Shown here piece by piece: positions 8,369 through 10,618 of a DNA stretch of 10,618 nucleotides. Every line of letters begins with the position of its first letter. Positions within the stretch are counted from its first letter, which is position 1. The translations under genes were made by a program, and so were the position numbers. The notes beneath the pieces are model-generated. The model searched no databases, had not been told where the DNA came from, and saw nothing but the letters and a program-made list of their open reading frames with translations. The stretch is from Planctomycetota bacterium. GTDB taxonomy: Bacteria > Planctomycetota > UBA1135. The stretch is from NCBI GenBank assembly GCA_045047305.1, contig JASFYO010000057.1, forward strand, positions 1 through 10,618, written 5' to 3'.

Positions 8369-10071
8369 TAGTGAATCTCCAACATTTGATGAACTTCGCC
8401 GGAACCAGTGGATACTGCACTCAGGCGCGCCGGTTCCGATCCAGCGGGCAAGCGATAAATCCAGTGCAGTTCCTTATGTCCACCAAGTCCGTCGAGGCTT
8501 TCTATCGAGGACTGCGATCGCCCGACTAAAAGCTGCCCACCTTGCGGTAGCGTAAGGGAAATGCGCAAGGGCATGGGACGATGGTTGGTTTCCCCCATTG
8601 CAGTCATGGTTGGAAGCAGTCCGTGGTTGACTAAAGTGGCACGAACTTCAAAAACCTCTTTGCCATCAAGTGCAGTCACTTCGACATTCTCCCAAACGAG
8701 TTGCGCAAAATCTTCGGCAAGGCTGTCGAGGAAATCGGCAGTGTTGGTGGTGAGGTCGGTGAGGAGGTCTGGCGGAGGGGTGGTGCGCACCAAAGGCATC
8801 CAGCCACCAATTTCTACTTCGCCAAAGCTTGGATGTTCGAATTTCTCCCACGGCTGAAAAGCGTCTCCACGATACCAGTGATCGGCCCAAGCTAAGAGCT
8901 TGCGGTCCTCGCTTGCATCCTTGGGAAGTCCTTCTTCATCCTCTGCCTCCCCATCCTCTGCCTCTGCTTGCCCCAGGTCTAACGGCGGAGACCACAATGA
9001 GCTTTCCAAAACTAGGGCGCCACGTTGGAAGTACATCCAATCGGCAAAGTTGCCGCTTTGATGGTCGGTACTTTTAATCACTACATCTTCGGCGTAAAAG
9101 CGATCGCCGAAAATCTTGAGCAGTCGCGCATCTTCTTTCAGCGGCTCCTCCGAAGTCGTGTCGACCTTTTCTTTACCACCTGGTGGGGAGGCAAGATTGT
9201 CTTCGTCATCGAGTACCAGCACGAGTTGGATTGCTGGGTGACTCAAAACAAACTCGGCAAGTGCTCGGCTTTCCACCTCACTTAGTTGGAAGTCGCCAGC
9301 GTTCGGCGCGTACTGGATCCAGCGGTGGGGGAAGTTCGCCTCTACTGCAACGCCACCGCGGCCATCTTCGTTTTCAAGACGATCGCCATCGGCATCGGAT
9401 CCTTCGCGCAATAAGCGAAAGGTACCGGCCTCACTTTTTTCAGGATCTGGTGCGCGTGAACTTCGTTCGTCTTCCGGATCAGCAAGCATGGGGCCTCCCG
9501 CCTCGGGAACACGCATCCATGAAATCCGTCCATCGCCGTTGATGTCGGATGGACCATCTTCATCAAATAGACCATCACGGTCATTGTCCGTAGCCTTTCC
9601 GCGCCACGCAGAACCTCCGGCAAGAACGTGCGCCATGGCGTCGGGGTTTGCAACGCAGAGCACATGCAGGGTTGCGCGGTCGAATAATGGGGAGCCAACG
9701 GCAGAGAATCTTTCCACCATGCTGATGGCCACTTCACTTGCAGCAAGCCGGTCGCCTTCGAGGTTTGCCACGACCAACACTTCCGGGGCTCCGGGTAGTG
9801 GTGCATCACCGAGTTGCGGACCGTCGAAGGTGGTGATCCAAAGCGGACGTCCTTCCGTTGTCTCGCCAATCTTTTCAACACTCATGCCTTTGGTTTTCTT
9901 GGCACGGCGCTTCAAGATCTTGCTAATTTCTTCGGGCGTGCGGTAACCAATTGGCGGCAGCGCATGAAGAATGGTAGGGCGTTCTGGCGCAACCCTTTCT
10001 TGCTCGGGCGCCGCTGGTGGTTCTTGCGCAAACATCGCGCAGGCCAACAAAGATGTGGTAACAAGAATCAT
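8368..10071 (-). CDS. Secreted M14-family carboxypeptidase homologue, predicted catalytically inactive, 567 aa
   Basis: M14 scaffold motifs are present (IGETTEGRPL, ANPD, SEVESRALAEFV, GNFADWMY, HPSFGEVEIGGW). HxxE is replaced by EGDR, NRN by EAN, the third zinc His by Asp, and NELW by SSLW. The ORF is intact and overlaps the active paralogue as TAATG. Confidence 0.88.
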   Translation of the reverse strand: MILVTTSLLACAMFAQEPPAAPEQERVAPERPTILHALPPIGYRTPEEISKILKRRAKKTKGMSVEKIGETTEGRPLWITTFDGPQLGDAPLPGAPEVLVVANLEGDRLAASEVAISMVERFSAVGSPLFDRATLHVLCVANPDAMAHVLAGGSAWRGKATDNDRDGLFDEDGPSDINGDGRISWMRVPEAGGPMLADPEDERSSRAPDPEKSEAGTFRLLREGSDADGDRLENEDGRGGVAVEANFPHRWIQYAPNAGDFQLSEVESRALAEFVLSHPAIQLVLVLDDEDNLASPPGGKEKVDTTSEEPLKEDARLLKIFGDRFYAEDVVIKSTDHQSGNFADWMYFQRGALVLESSLWSPPLDLGQAEAEDGEAEDEEGLPKDASEDRKLLAWADHWYRGDAFQPWEKFEHPSFGEVEIGGWMPLVRTTPPPDLLTDLTTNTADFLDSLAEDFAQLVWENVEVTALDGKEVFEVRATLVNHGLLPTMTAMGETNHRPMPLRISLTLPQGGQLLVGRSQSSIESLDGLGGHKELHWIYRLPAGSEPARLSAVSTGSGEVHQMLEIH

Positions 10072-10078
10072 GGAGCGC

Positions 10079-10084
10079 AGTCTA
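10079..10084 (-). promoter_or_regulatory. Candidate -10 (TAGACT) for a leaderless M14-pair transcript
   Basis: Minus strand reads TAGACT-GCGCTCC-ATG(10071) with no SD. The hexamer includes the OsmC stop codon. Confidence 0.35.
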
Positions 10085-10489
10085 GCCCAGAACCGAGGTT
10101 ATTTGGATGTCATTCTCTAAAGTCCGGTGCACGGGGCAGCGATTGGCGATATGCAGCAAGCGCTCTCGTTGCTCTTGGCTCAGATCCCCCTGCACATGGA
10201 CGACGCGATGGAAGACGTCGACCTTGTCCACCTTTTCGTGGTTCAGCTCCACGCTGACGCTCTCCAAGGGCCATTCCTTTTTGCGCGCATACATGCTTAA
10301 GGTCATCGAAGTGCAGGTGCCGAGTGCTGCAAGCAGGTATTCGTAGGGCGTTGGGCCTAAATCGCTGCCGCCAACATCCGTTGGTTCATCGCCGATGAGT
10401 TGGAAGTCCCGAACAGTGATATCTTGCAGGAAGCCGTCGGACTTCCCGCTGACTTGGACGTATGGCTTGAGGTGGATGGGTGCAGTCAC
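10082..10489 (-). CDS. OsmC/Ohr-family (YhfA-like) protein, 135 aa
   Basis: DEP...[24 protein letters not shown] and [15 protein letters not shown] carry the two conserved Cys. GTG start. Confidence 0.93.
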   Translation of the reverse strand: MTAPIHLKPYVQVSGKSDGFLQDITVRDFQLIGDEPTDVGGSDLGPTPYEYLLAALGTCTSMTLSMYARKKEWPLESVSVELNHEKVDKVDVFHRVVHVQGDLSQEQRERLLHIANRCPVHRTLENDIQITSVLG

Positions 10490-10494
10490 GCCAA

Positions 10495-10500
10495 AGTGTA
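10495..10500 (-). promoter_or_regulatory. Candidate -10 (TACACT) for a leaderless OsmC transcript
   Basis: Minus strand reads TACACT-TTGGC-GTG(10489) with no SD. Confidence 0.45.
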
Positions 10501-10525
10501 GGTGTCGCCTGGCGCGTGGGGCGGC

Positions 10526-10531
10526 TAGAAT
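10526..10531 (+). promoter_or_regulatory. Candidate -10 (TAGAAT) of the tRNA promoter
   Basis: 5/6 match to TATAAT, 10 nt before the mature tRNA 5' end. Confidence 0.5.
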
Positions 10532-10541
10532 CTTTGCGCGT

Positions 10542-10618
<77 letters not shown>

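Noticed and set aside
8937..8964. 13-bp direct repeat CATCCTCTGCCTC with a 15-nt period
   Set aside because: In-frame micro-duplication in an acidic loop (EAEDGEAEDE); no phase-variation potential.
8368..10071. Upstream M14 copy as a pseudogene
   Set aside because: The ORF is full length with a signal peptide, conserved scaffold and coupled stop/start. Loss is concentrated at catalytic sites.
10039..10071. Lipobox (LLAC) in the inactive M14 signal peptide
   Set aside because: Cys is at position 11 with no basic n-region, and MFA-QE fits signal peptidase I better. Not fully excluded.

Overview
A gene-dense, moderately GC-rich bacterial window, probably Planctomycetota (inferred from gene content only). 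In order it holds the 3' end of a membrane-protein gene and a SnoaL/NTF2-family gene (+), then a coupled TIGR03546-like membrane protein and TIGR03545/AsmA-like protein (-). Next come a membrane-anchored CRTAC1/ASPIC-UnbV protein and a secreted 7-repeat FG-GAP protein with a Cys-rich C-terminal module (+). The last part has an OsmC gene followed by two tandem M14 zinc-carboxypeptidase paralogues (-), and a tRNA-Ile2(CAU) ending at the last base (+). The strongest observation is the M14 pair: the genes overlap by 1 nt, one keeps every catalytic residue, and the other has lost them but keeps the Asp-rich inserts, which suggests a peptidase/pseudopeptidase complex. Also notable are TANNNT boxes 5-7 nt before several SD-less starts (possible leaderless mRNAs), overlapping bidirectional -10 boxes, and a candidate C-terminal sorting module. 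No mobile element, integrase or CRISPR array was seen.
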